Assembly: GCF_018977255.1 (NCBI RefSeq)
Contig: NW_024704742.1
Span: 80,044,001-80,108,000 of the forward strand
From: Callorhinchus milii
Taxonomy: Eukaryota
DNA length: 64,000 bases
Reading direction: 5' to 3'
Below, piece by piece: positions 24,040 to 35,920 of the stretch. The notes below the pieces were generated by a model. That model ran no database searches, was not told the origin of the DNA, and worked only from the letters and a program-made list of their open reading frames with translations. The position numbers and the translations under genes are program-made. Each line of letters starts with the position of its first letter. Position 1 is the stretch's first letter.

Positions 24040-25010
24040 TATTATTAATAATAATCCTTGTGGGACATTGCTGTAAATAAATAGGCTGTCACATTTGCTT
24101 ACAAACATCAGTCACAAGAGCTCACAGGAAAATGCTGTGAAGCATGTTGTGATGTGTTGGGGACGTGATAAGGTATTATATCAAATTCAAGGATTATTAT
24201 TATAAGGCTGTTTGGGGAATTTATTGTGTGCAAATTAGTGGCAGATTTTGTCTGCAAATATATAGTCACTAAATCTGACAGTGCTATAATTGTCAGGTGC
24301 AGTGACAGAGGCTATACTTGACAGAACTTGCTATAATCTTTACCTTTTACTATTGCTACATTTCCCATATAATGGGATAACATACGTGGTACACACCAGT
24401 CCTTTTTGTTGAAAAATGTTACATTCCAAGCGTATCGGTCAAGATAGCAATTTTATGTGCATTTCCTCAACAGTATTTGATATAGTGCCTGAGAAAGCAA
24501 CGCTTCACAGATAATCAATATCAGATGCAGTGACTTCGTGTTTGTAGACAAACTGCTGCTAATTCATGCAAAATAAAGTCACTAAACATCCTTATATTAT
24601 TAATAATAATCCCTGCACTTGATATAGTGCCTTAACACATTGCTGAGATCTCAAAGCGCTTGACAGGATTTTAGTGTCAAGTAGAGTGATTGCATATTTG
24701 TAAGCAAAGGTGCCAGCCAACTTACACACAGCAAGGCCCCACAAACAGCCGTTAAGTGTGTGACCAATTCATTTGTAGAATTTCTGCTGATAAATTGGTG
24801 CAAACTTTATATTTGGATTGGATCATGGGATCTTTAAAATGCACCCGAACAAGCAGACAACATCTTTGCTTAAAATCTCATCTATCAATGCAATACTCCC
24901 CCAGTATTTCAATAAAGTGTCAGCATAGACCATGCGTTCAAAACCCCAACAGGGTTGACTAAACCTACAAACTTCAGACTCAGAGGCGAGATTACTGCCA
25001 ACAGAGCAAA
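24040..25010. mobile_element. Cluster of decayed SINE tails and a - strand Deu SINE (24600-25010)
   Basis: Several degenerate GTGGGACATTGCTG / CAAGGATTATTATT pieces; CATGGGATCTTTAAAATGCACCCGAAC...GACTCAGAGGCGAGATTACTGCCAAC. Confidence 0.65.
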
Positions 25011-25894
25011 AGAGATGGAGTAATTTGGTCTATTGATGTGGATACTTATTAATTGTATTATTCATGCTACATCAATTGGTGAGATGGAATTCTTATTTTA
25101 CTGGGAACTGTGTGCATAAAGTTATGACAATTTTCAAATGTGGTCTTGCAGGGCAGTAATCACACATCATTAACTTGTTGTTCATCCATGAAGGTTGTTT
25201 TAACAGAACGCCTTTTACCAAACATTAATACGAATTCACTTAATCGGTGAGGTTACTGGTTGGCACTAATCTGCACTGCTATGTTTAAGTAGAAGAAACC
25301 GATTGTGATGAATAACTCCAGAAAAGAGTTGATGCACTATTTCTCACAGATTTGAATATCTCAACTTTACCAAAGGTGTGCGAAGACTGATTAACACTGT
25401 GGATGAGATTGTCTTACTTTCTGGAGCAATCACTAAATTGGAAACACAGTTATATGCATAGATTTCTAACTCGTATATGTGTGTAGTTATTGTGTACCCC
25501 ATTATGAATATAAATATTATCCTAATATCTCTTGTTGATCTTTCTTTCCGAAAACAACAAGGTTTAGCATTTCAAGACATTACCCTATGTAATGGGTGCC
25601 ATCCAAATACAAGTTCTTTTTATTTCTGATTGTCTTGGAGGTTTCCAGGGAGAGGTCTAAACAGCAACTGGCATTTAAGATCATAAGAAACCTGCTCACT
25701 CTACACAACACAAAAAGACTAGAATTTTGAACAAAAGAGCATCCCGCACGCTCTTGTCTCCTCAGTCACCATCTAATGCAATGACTATATCTGCTGTGCA
25801 ATTCAATTTACATGAGGATAGTGAGTTTCAAATTTCACAATAATAAAGGCAGACTTTAAAATTGGGTGGGAGGGGTGATGAAGAGGGACTCCAA

Positions 25895-25963
25895 GGCTAT
25901 TATTTACCTACATCAATTGATGAGAATTCCATCTCACCAATTGATGTAGCGTGAATAATAGCC
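25895..25963. repeat. 69-bp hairpin mini-element, with a partial second copy at 25056-25093
   Basis: GGCTATTATTTAC-CTACATCAATTGATGAGA ATTCCA TCTCACCAATTGATGTAGCGTGAATAATAGCC. 25056-25093 matches the reverse complement of 25923-25960 with one mismatch. Confidence 0.9.
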
Positions 25964-25964
25964 A

Positions 25965-26195
25965 AGTGTGTGAGAGGACACGGGCTGCAGAGTTCAAACA
26001 TGGGGCAGAATGTTTGAAAGCTTGAAAGGTTTTCTGGCAATGGAGGGGCAGATCAGGTGGACATGAAGCAGGTCAGTGCTCGCTGAGCAGGGGGAGTAGC
26101 CAGGTCAGTATGGTTGCAGGTGCTCTCATAAGATGAGGTGAGGCTGTGGAGGGATTTAAATGTGAGGACAAAGATTTTGAATTTGATCAGCTGGA
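25965..26195 (-). mobile_element. Old L2 fragment
   Basis: GTGAGAGGACACGGGCTGCAGAGTT...GAAGCAGGTCAGTGCTCGCTGAGCAGGGGGAG...GTGAGGACAAAGATTTTGAA. Confidence 0.65.
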
Positions 26196-26563
26196 GATCA
26201 ATTGCATAGACACTCACTGAGCTGTAGAGAAAGTCAAGGAAAAAACAACAGAATATTAGTTTATCTTCATATCTACCATGTTGTGCTTTGATCTGTTTGC
26301 CTCAACAGACATGTCTCACCTTCCCAACTCTCCAGTAAGCCCAAAATATGTCCTATGAATTGTTCTTCTCTGCATTTTTTCTTTGTAGTTCACTTTCATT
26401 GAGACCAGAGTTCAGAGTTTACAATCAAAGATAATTTCTACCAAATGATGCCTGTTAATCCAAGGTACCAGTTGGGCAAATTTACCTATCAATCAAGGAT
26501 GTACTTATTGCGTATTGATAAAAGGACCCCTACACTTCATTACATGTCATTTTGAAATGGATC

Positions 26564-28443
26564 AACAACAACAACAACAAAATTACATTTGTATAGCACC
26601 TTACTGTCGGGAGGACATCCCAAGGCGCTGGACAGACAGAGTAACGGACCCGAGCTGGGGGTCGGGGTAGGGGAGGGTGGAGGGCGGGGGGGAAGCAGGG
26701 AGATCGAAAGTAGGATCAAAGAGGTCAAAGAAGAGGGTCTTGAGGTGAGTCTTGAAGGTGGTGAGGGAGGGGACGAGACAGAGGGACTGCGGGATGGAGT
26801 TCCAGAGGGTGGGTGCAGGGTGGCGGAATGCCCGCCCGACAATAGTGGGGGAGCAAGGCGGGGGATGTGAAGCAGGCCAGAGCCCTCTGAGCAGAGGGAG
26901 TGAACAGGATGGTAGGAGGTTAAGAGGTCAGAGAGGTCGGGGGGAGCAAGACCCATGGAGGGCTTTGAAGGTGAGAACCAGGATCTTGAACTGTATCCTC
27001 TGTGTGATGGGAAGCCAGTGGAGTTGGACAAGGATAGGGATGTTAGGGTCGCGGAGCCTAGTGTGTGAGAGGACAGAGGCTGCAGAGTTCTGGATGATCT
27101 GCAGCCTGTGAAGGGAGGAGTTGGGGAGGCCGACATGCAGTGAGTTTGCATAGTCGAGCCTCGATGTAATGAAGGCGTGTATGAGGGTTTCGGTGGCCTG
27201 CGGTGTGAGACAGTGACGGAGCCGGGTAACATTGCAGGGGTGGGGGATGGCAGAGCAAGTCATGGGGCAGATGTGGGGTAGAAAGGATAGTTGAGGATCA
27301 AACAAGACCCCAAGGTTCTGTACTGGCATAGCACGGTGGAGTGTACAACCTTGGATGGTGATGCTGTCAGCACCTGAAGTGAGGAGGCCAATCAGGAAAT
27401 CCTCGGTCTGAAGAAAGTTAGCTCTCATCCAGGACTTGATGTCTGACAGACATTCAGTCAGTCATAGAGTGGTCCTTGGTCAAAGGTGGATCAGAGAGGT
27501 AGGTTGGGTGTCATCCGCATACATGTGGAAGTTGACCCCATGTCTGCGGATGATGTCACCAAGAGGGAGCATATAGATATATTGAAGAGGAGGGGACCAA
27601 CGACAGAGCCCTGAGGAACACCACACAAGATGGTCCGGGGGCTAGAGGAGAAGCCGTTTGAGGAGATGAAGTGCAGGCGGTGTGAGAGGTACGATCTGAA
27701 CCAATCAAAGATAGTGCCGTGGAAGTTGAGGTGAGAGGAGAAGCAGTGGATGAGGATAGAGTGGTCAACGTTGTCAAAATCAGAAGAGAGGTCAAGGAGG
27801 ACGAGGAGGCAGAGGGAGCCCTGAGCGCAGATGGACAGAATGTCATTTGTCACTTTGACCAGGGCTGTCTCTTTGCTGTGGGCAGCACGGAAGCCCGATT
27901 GAAGGGGTTCGAGAAGGGAATGGCAGGAGAGGAAGGAGAGAAGCTGAGAAGCAACAACTCGTTCCAGGACCTTGGAGAGAAAGGGGAGGTTGGAGATGGA
28001 GTGGTTGTTCGGGAGTAGAGATGGGTCCAGAGAGGATGTTTTAAGGATAGGAGCGATGACAGTGGTTTTTAAAGGAGTGGGAACATTAGCAGTGGACAGG
28101 GAGAGGTTTACAATGTCAGTGAGTAGAGGGGCAAGGAAGTGGAGCTGGGAGGTAAGGAGGAGGGTAGGGATGGGGTCGAGAGAGCAGGTGGTAGGTTTCA
28201 AATGGGTTATGGTGGTGATGAGAGAGGAGGGGGACACAGGTTCAAAGGTGTGGAGGGAGGGATGGGTAGGGGCCGGGGTGGGAGGAGGAGAAGGGGAAGG
28301 GATAGCAGATGCAGTGGCAGAGGCAGCTGAGTTGATTCCTTTGACTTTGGATTCAAGGAAATCCAGCATCGCCTCGCAGTTCGCATTTGAGGTGAGGATG
28401 GGTGAGGCATGAGAGGGTGGGTGGAGGAGCCGTTTTGTGATGG
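26564..28443 (-). mobile_element. L2 (type A) 5'-truncated 1.9-kb copy with whole RT domain (frameshifted)
   Basis: ORF 27491..28369 reads [52 protein letters not shown] lies in the adjacent frame. (AAC)n tail. GGATCAA is duplicated at 26559-26565 and 28443-28449. Confidence 0.95.
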
Positions 28444-29339
28444 GATCAATGCTAGATCATAAGAAAATACATGTGTTTATATTTTTTCTGTATTTTTAAT
28501 ATGGTTTGTAGTATAATGGAATGACTGCTGCTGTGAAAAATTTAATATTCATTGTGGTCAAAAACTGTGACTGCATCCACAGTCTCTGGACCGTGAAGGA
28601 GAGTTCATGCAACAGATGGAAAAGATACAGTTGGTACTGTGTCCTTTCTTTCTGTGACATCTCTTGTAGACTTGATGGATGGATGTTATCCTTTCCTTAT
28701 TTGGAACGTGTTGATGAGGAGAACCATCATTAGATGGTTTATACTTTATATAATTCTGTGAAAGGTTCAGAGAGTTGCTTCCCAATCAATCAAGAGATGG
28801 ATTAACGATTTTACCTTTTGACTCCGCTCATTAGTAAATACCTTACACTGGTAACTGTGCCCTACCCTGTGTAATAAGATGATTGGACCAAACAGCTTGG
28901 AGCTGTGCTTGGCCAAACTAGTCCTCAACTATGGTTGGACAAACCAAGTTCACACTTCACTTCTATATGCAGTCTTCATGTGCACAGACTCTTAATTGTG
29001 AAAGAATTTTAGTCAGTTTCAGCGAGATTCAGATTTAACCAACTCTCCAACCAATTTGACCTGCTTTTCTTCTAGGCATAGATAACTGATCAATGTTTAT
29101 TCTCTAAACCTGAATAGTACCATTATTGCATCCGATTGTAGTGGTGCAATGCTCTCTCTATAACTATTGATTGTTGAAGTGTATTAAATAAAACAATTGT
29201 TTAACTTCCAAATTTCAAGCATTATTTTATCATTAATTAAATAATAAATACAAAGTCTCCTTACCCTGTGATGCCAATTTGCATCTGCAATTCCTCATGC
29301 AGTGTGCTACTCTAATGTGGAATTAAGTCAACCCTCTGT

Positions 29340-29840
29340 AGTACTCGAAGACACTACTGATGCCAAACCAGTCAGCTTAGTCAATCAACACGATTTTGAG
29401 GGTAGACCAAGGGCAGGGATTCTTCCTACTTGGCTCCTGTTAACCTGCAAGCCCAAGCCCTGAATCCGAGCTGGACAAACAGTTGGAAGCTTGCCAAACA
29501 GTTTTTTCAGTGGCAATCTGTTGTTTTAGCTGGTTAAATTCCATCAATACTTCCAATGCACATTCTGGGGTCCCCAAAACTTGTCTCTTACTAAATGTGC
29601 CCAATACTCTCTGGAATGAGATAAGCAGGACATGTCCCTCCAGGGAGAGAGGATGTATCCGATTCAAAACATAGGAAAATTTCCATTGTATTTTGTAGGT
29701 AACTCAGCCACCAATTTGTGCCCACAAACAGTCATGAAATGAATAGCTAATTTTGTCTGCAGGCATACATATGTGAAGTCTGTTTGGTTTGGATACTCTT
29801 AAGCATGTTGTTGGGTTTCCACATGTGTCAGATACCCAGG
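29340..29840 (+). mobile_element. Unclassified retroposed family X (with a 70-bp insert at 29694-29763)
   Basis: Colinear with 40615-41080: GGCAGGGA, CTCCTGTTAACC, TGCAAGCC, AGCTGGACAA, TTTTAGCTGGTTA, TTGGTTTGGATACTCTTAAGCATG, GGGTTTCCACATGTGTCAGATACCC. Confidence 0.8.
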
Positions 29841-29904
29841 TAACACGATAGTAGATATTTACGAGTGACATGGTACAGAGTAGCATTAGTGGAGGCGTGG
29901 GACC

Positions 29905-30435
29905 AAGACATTGCCTGCCTCAACTATTCCAAGGCCCTCCTCATTGGTCTCCCCAGCTCCGCTACCCACAAACTCCAACAAATTCAGACCTCCGTTACCT
30001 GTATTCTCCACCAGGTTTAAACTCCGTATTCCCATCACACCAGACCTTGCAAGACTGCACTGGATCTCCATCAAAGAATGAATTGATTTCAAGATCCAAA
30101 CACCGGTCTACAAATCCCTTCAGCCCCTGGCACCTTCCTATCTCACCGACCTGCTAACTCTCCACTCCACCACCTGTTGCCACTCACTCGGCTGGCTCCA
30201 GCCTCTTGCTTGTCCCTTGTACCCTCCCCTTCACCATTGGCGGCCGTGCTTCCAGTCACTAAACCCCCAATTTTGGAAATCTCTCCCTCAAATCCCTTCC
30301 CTGTGCCCCCTCCTCTTCAATTGTGCTTACAATAACCCCCTCCCTTCCTTATGATTCGGCCTCAAACTCCACCACTGTTAAGCGCTCTGAGATGAACTTA
30401 TACATGCATATAAATGCAAGTTTTTGTTGTTGTAA
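29905..30435 (+). mobile_element. Older L2 3' fragment
   Basis: CTCAACTATTCCAAGGCCCTCCTCATTGGTCTCCCC...TTGATTTCAAGATC...AAGCGCTCTGAGATG...TATAAATGCAAGTTTTTGTTGTT. Confidence 0.8.
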
Positions 30436-30944
30436 TAGCTAGGCCCAATAGTGTTCATGTTGCGATGAAGAAAGGGGAAAGGAAGGAAGCATGATTGCAC
30501 ACAGTCATTGACTCTCTTCGCACACAGTCCCAATGCTGTCATATGAGCACTGCATTAATAGGGCCCGAGAGCTTAAATCAATATGGAGTGTTGTAATTTT
30601 TAACATTTCCACACGAGTGGAGGCACTCCAGGGAAAGAATCACAGCATGATGACCTCGATAAAATGTTATTCTTGCATATAAAAATCATAAATTCTCATT
30701 ATACTATTTTGCTTATAAAAGGTGGTTCAAAAATTAAACAATGCACTTTGTAGCCATGTGTGTAAAAAAAAATTGGTACCACAAGACAAGTATATTTTGT
30801 GTGAGTTTTGCCCACAAAATACATAGACAATTCATTACACAGTATATCCTGTGAAGTGCTTTGAGATGTCTAGACGACCTGATAAATGCAAGAATTATTA
30901 TGTCATATTATTTGTTATTATCATTTGGGCAATATGTAGGTGTC

Positions 30945-31310
30945 ACCCTGGCTTAATTGTCAGAAGGTTGAGGGTTCAAGCTTCACATTGGGACTTTGAA
31001 TTCACAGTCTAGACTGACATTCAAAAGCAATGTTGACCGTGTGCTGCATTTTTGGAAGTACAATTCTTCAGATGAGATGTTCAAGTGGAAGATTAAGATC
31101 CCCACTCAAAAAGAGAAGAGAGTTTCTCCTCTATCCTACCCAACAATCCTCCAGACAAAATTGCTTATTCACTTCATGACTGTTTGTGGGCACTAACTGG
31201 TAGCTAAGTTCACCTACAGTGCACATCACTGTAAAATCTTGTGAGGTGCTTTAGATATATCAACGATGTGATAAGGTGCTAAATCAAATGGAAGGAAAGG
31301 ATTATTATTG
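30945..31310 (+). mobile_element. Old Deu-domain SINE, near full length
   Basis: TCAGAAGGTTGAGGGTTCAAG head, TCTAGACTGACA, CAGATGAGATGTT, Deu 3' part, tail GTGATAAGGTGCT...GGATTATTATT. Confidence 0.7.
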
Positions 31311-31959
31311 TACTTCCTGTACAATGTAAAGACGTCGAGGAGAAATAAATTAAGTGTGTGACTCCAATTGTCATTTAAATGTTGAATTAAATAAATATCC
31401 TCAGCAAGCCTTAATTCAGCTTCTCTTCCTTCGTACCTGAGCTCAGTTCTGGGCTTTTTAAGAGGATGGTTGAAAATGCCGAGGAAGTTATTAAACTTCA
31501 TACTTGCTCTCTGTCATGATTTGTTCAGTCTTTTATGTAACTTTTGATCACCTCTACAATTTGTTTGTATCACACTCAAAAATCCTTCAATGACCTCTCA
31601 AGTCTCCTTCAGTGCTTCATCTACTGGTGACAACAATATCATTATATTCACCACTAACCCCAGGAAAAAAAAACGTTTAATCAGATTTGCAGAGAACTAA
31701 ATGTCATGATATCTGAAGCAATGTTATGTTGCTTTAATGGAATATCCGCCTGAAGGTTCCAAGCGCTGTCACATTCTACGAACTCTGGTTCGCAACAGTG
31801 CTTTACTGTACATAATTTTTTGCTGTGCACACTTTATCAAAAACATTTATAATTTATTGCAACATTATATTGTACTGCATAGTTATATTATACAACATTA
31901 TACAAGACATTATCCTATGTGAAGGGTGCTATATAAATACAAGTTGTTGCTGTTCTGAA

Positions 31960-32575
31960 CAACAGCAACAACAAATTTACATTTGTATAGTGTCCCTACA
32001 CATTGGGAGGATGTCCCAAGGTGCTGGACAATCAATGTTTCGGACCCAACCTGGGAGTTCAGGATCGGAGAGAGTGGAGATGGGGTGGGGGAAGCAGAGT
32101 GATTGAAGGCACGGTTGAAGAGGATGGTCTTGAGACATGTCTTGGAGGGGGCAAGGGAAAAGGTGAAGGGAGGGACTGAGGGATGAAATTCCAGAGGCTG
32201 GGGCAGAGTGGCTGAAGGCCTGCCCACCAATGGTGGGGTGGGCGAAGTGAAGAACGTGAAGCAGGCCAGGGCTCGCTGAGCGGAGTGAGCGAGCAGGATG
32301 GTAGGGGGTTAGGAGGTTGCAGAGTTAGGGGAGAGCAAGGTCATGCAGGGCTTTGAAAGTGAGAATCAAGATCTTGAAATGCATCCTCTGTGTGACGGGA
32401 AACCAGTGGAGTCAAGCGAGGATGTGGATGATAAGGTTACGGAGCCTGGTGCAGGAGAGGATATGGGCTGCAGAATTCTGGATGATCTGCAACCTATGGA
32501 GGGAAGAGTTGGGGAAGTCGACAAGCAGGGAGTTTGCATAGTCAAGCCTGGGTGCTATGAATGCATGTAAGCGTG
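31960..32575 (-). mobile_element. L2 (type A) 3' 0.6 kb, tail-to-tail with a + strand L2 tail at 31915-31955
   Basis: HAFIAPRLDYANSLL...LQIIQNSAA in ORF 32412..32672(-); (AAC)n tail. Confidence 0.9.
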
Positions 32576-33249
32576 TTCTGATGGAAGCTATATAGTGTAT
32601 AAGACTAGAAACCAGTCTTTCACTTATCAGCATTGATCTCAGGAGGATTAAGCTTTGGTAGAATTCCAACACAATTTAGCTTGATGAGATCTGTAGAGCT
32701 TCTAGTCAGTTTCTAACATTTATAAACTGTGCGATCCAATCTGATGTCATATCACCTCTTACAGTATATTTTGAACCAATTGTGCTAGATTGCCCAAACT
32801 GGAAAGATATTAACCACACCCAGAGACAGATAATGCTGGCAGTTTGCCTCAGCTGCCTCCTGTGTCCCTGTAGGGACAAACAAGATTAACAAGTGCAGAG
32901 ATTTGCATTTTGACCGCCTCTTGCGACTTGCTCTCTCTCACTGTTCCAACCCTAAATTGGATAATAACCTACCTACATTGTCTCTCAAGTACTGTGTCCA
33001 GCAACCTGCATTAATCCAAACCTGACCATGTAACCGGGTGTCAGGCTTCCCTTGATCTTCTTGGCTCTGCCAGGCCAGAGACGTCCTTTACCCTAACCCA
33101 GAGTGAGAGAGAGAGTGGGTTTGTGAATTCAATGTACAGTGCAAGGTCACTTAGGGTGACCTCATGGCTTGGGTGTCAGCCTGGTTCAGTTGGTACATTT
33201 CTCGCATCTGGTCAGAAGGTTGTGTGTTCTTTTCAGTTTTCACTGCCTT

Positions 33250-34343
33250 TTCAGTTTTCAAGTGAGGCAGCAATTTACTTGCACTACTACCAATGTAATT
33301 TTCTGCATTCGCTGCTCACAATGTGGTCTCTTCTTCATTGGGGAGACGAAACACAGATTGGGTGACCGATTTGCCGAACACCTCCGTTCTGTTCGCAAGC
33401 ACAACCCTGAGCTTCTGGTTTCTTGCCATTTCAACTCTCCCTCCCACTCGCACTCTGACCTCTCCATCCATGTGGAGTCCTGTGGCTCAGTGGTTAGAGC
33501 ACTCGCTTTGCAAGCGAGAGACCTGAGTTCAATTCCAGGCACAGGGCGAAACCTTGGGCAAGTTTCCTTACTCCACACGTCTAATAATAATCCCTCCAAA
33601 ACAAAAACAATAATGAATTGGTCATTTTCAATCTACGACTGTTTGTGGGACATTGCTGTGCGCAATTGGTTGCCGCGTTCGCCCACAAATATACAGTTAA
33701 TTCACTTTACAGTGTGTTCTGTGAAGCGCGTTGGGACATCCTCCCGACGTGAAAAGCGCTATATCAAATGCAAGGATTATTATTTTATTATTTATCCAGT
33801 CTCCAGCACTGTTCCAATGAACCACAGTGCAAGCTTGAGGAACAGCCTCATATTATCTGTTCGGGACCTTACAGCCCTCTGGACTCAATATTGATTTCAA
33901 CAATTTCAGACCATAACAGTTCACCTTCCCCCTCCCCTCTTCTGTGACCATTACCACATCATCTGGGTCCCAGACACACCTTTCCTCTCTCTGGTCTGCC
34001 TATTTTATTGCAATTTTTGCCCCTTTGTTTTGCATTATTGACATCTCTATTCCCCTGTTTTGTTGCAATGCCCCCTGTGTTTTGCATCATTAACACCTCT
34101 TTAACCCATCACCCCCTGCCCTCTACCCCATTTTCTTCTTTGCCTTCTTTACCCTACCACCTCCCAGTCTGTTAGCCCTTAAAAGCCTCTCCCTACCAAC
34201 ATGCCCCAGTTCTGACGGACGGGCCGTGGACCCAAAAAGTTGACTCATTTTCCTTTCTCCATAGATGCTGCCTGACCTGCTAAGTGTTCCCAGCGAGTTT
34301 GGTTTTTGTTTCAGATTTCCAACATCTGCAGTATTTTGCGTTT
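33250..34343 (+). mobile_element. Penelope-like element 3' part: GIY-YIG endonuclease remnant + pseudo-LTR
   Basis: FTCTTTNVIFCIRCSQCGLFFIGETKHRLGDRFAEHLRSV...VSCHFN..SH. After the SINE it continues LQHCSNE..CKLEEQ..GTLQPSGLNIDFNNFRP* (frameshifted). The pseudo-LTR ends CAGATTTCCAACATCTGCAGTATTTTGC. Confidence 0.92.
33471..33793 (+). mobile_element. tRNA-SINE short young form, inserted in the Penelope ORF
   Basis: Complete copy; ATCCA duplicated at 33466-33470 and 33794-33798. Confidence 0.95.
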
Positions 34344-35059
34344 ATATTATTTTTATTATTCAGTTTCCACATTGCCAAACCCAAAGTTCGTTACAATATG
34401 GTTCATCACAGGTTTCTTTTAGCCTAGGTAAACAATGAATTTCTTTAAATCTCATAAACTCTTCTTGTTACATTATGTCTGCAATTACAACCAGTGTGTG
34501 ATTGTTCAAGTACTCTAGGCCCTATTAGTCTCTGCTGGAATGCTACCTTATCTATTTTGGTTCAGAAATACTGCACATTTGACTCCTTGGTTTCTTATAT
34601 GCTGTAAAGCAAGTATTTTGCTGATAGCATTCCATGTGAAATCCTACTCCTGGGATTGCAACAATGAATTATGCCTTGAAGTAATCTTTTATGGAAATGT
34701 GCCTGTGTGTAAGTGTTTTATCAGGGTACAACCTTATTTGAGTGGGTCTTTTGAGATTAGTCTCTGCCTCTTGAGAGCCATACTTTTATTTTGGAACTAA
34801 AAGCTATGATTGATAAGAACAAATACTCAGGAATCTGTATGTTTAAGACTTAGAGCTGCTGATGTTACTTAGCTGTTGTAAGATGCATCAATCATGGCCA
34901 AAAAGGTGACCTAACAACAAACTGACTCTTGACAACATTAAAAGCTGTGCTATTAATACCAAACCAACCTGCAGAAATACACTGTTTGCATCCATTAATG
35001 TAGTTGTGGTTAAGATGTCAATATCAATGGGCTCTGTACCATGTCTATTTTATATTAAA

Positions 35060-35230
35060 GAAAACAAAAGTGGCTGGGAACACGCAGCAGGTCAGGCAGC
35101 ATCTACGGAGAGAGGAAAATGGGTTAACGTTTCAGGTTCAAAGACCTTTCATCAGAACTGATGATGGAAGAAAGCAGATTATAAGGACAAATTTATAATT
35201 TCAGATTTCCAGCATCTGCAGTATTTTGCC
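35060..35230 (-). mobile_element. Penelope pseudo-LTR fragment, with an inverted terminal piece (35199-35230, +)
   Basis: GCTGGGAACACGCAGCAGGTCAGGCAGCATCTA is the reverse complement of 34260-34294. TTTCAGATTTCCAGCATCTGCAGTATTTTGC lies in the opposite orientation. Confidence 0.85.
35123..35160 (-). ncRNA. Minimal hammerhead-ribozyme motif (Penelope-associated)
   Basis: The - strand reads CAGUU-CUGAUGA-A-AGGU-CUUUGA-ACCU-GAAA-CGUU-AAC: intact CUGANGA and GAAA boxes, stem II, and palindromic AACGUU at helix III. Activity untested. Confidence 0.7.
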
Positions 35231-35399
35231 TCATATCTATTTTATGATTATTTAATTTTATGTTTATATTTTATTTTAGTTTATGATATTTTATCTGTGG
35301 TATAATCTCATCTCTCTCAGGCAAATCGAGGTGGATTAGCATTCTGGTACCATCTGATAGTCCTGCTTGACCAATGATGCTCATACCTACATCTTCCAG

Positions 35400-35920
35400 G
35401 TGCAAATTGACTCAGTAATAGCGTTCTCACCTCAGAGTCAGGGGGTTGTGGATTCAAGCATCACATTGGGGCTTTGAACTCGCAATCTAGGCTGACACTC
35501 AAGTGCAGTAATGGGGAAAGTGCTGCATTGTTGGAGGTGCCGTCCTTCAGGGTGGAGGAGTTGAAGCAGGCCTGGAGCTTACTGAGCAGAGGGAGCAGAC
35601 AGGTCAGTATGGTGTTAGCAGATGACAGAGGTAGGGAGGAACAAGGCCATGGAGGGTTTTGAAAATGAGGAGGAGGATTTTGAACTCGATCCTCTGGGGA
35701 ATAGGTGAGGGTGGAGGTGGGTTGTTTGGTTCTTGTTGGTTGAAATTGATATTGTTGATGGGGGTGATGAATTCATAGAGCCTGGTATGGGAGAGGACAT
35801 GAGCAGCAGACTTCTGAATAATCTGCAGCTTGTGGAGGGACGAGTTGGGAATGCCGACAAGCAGGGAGATAGCGAAATCGAGCCTGGACGTGATGAATAC
35901 ATGGATGAGGGTCAATAACA
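35400..35920. mobile_element. Deu SINE 5' part (+, 35400-35550) joined to an L2 fragment (-, 35550-35920)
   Basis: TCTAGGCTGACACTCAAGTGCAGTAATGGGGAAAGTGCTGCATTGTTGGAGGTGCCGTCCTTC; ORF 35604..35921(-) reads IHVFITSRLDF...RIEFKILLLIFK. Confidence 0.85.

Noticed and set aside
28580..28640. Exon-like SLDREGEFMQQMEKIQL
   Set aside because: Weak acceptor and donor; peptide not recognised.
33169..33894. 241-aa ORF as a host or domesticated gene
   Set aside because: Chance read-through of a Deu SINE head, the Penelope GIY-YIG remnant and the inserted SINE; no real start codon context.
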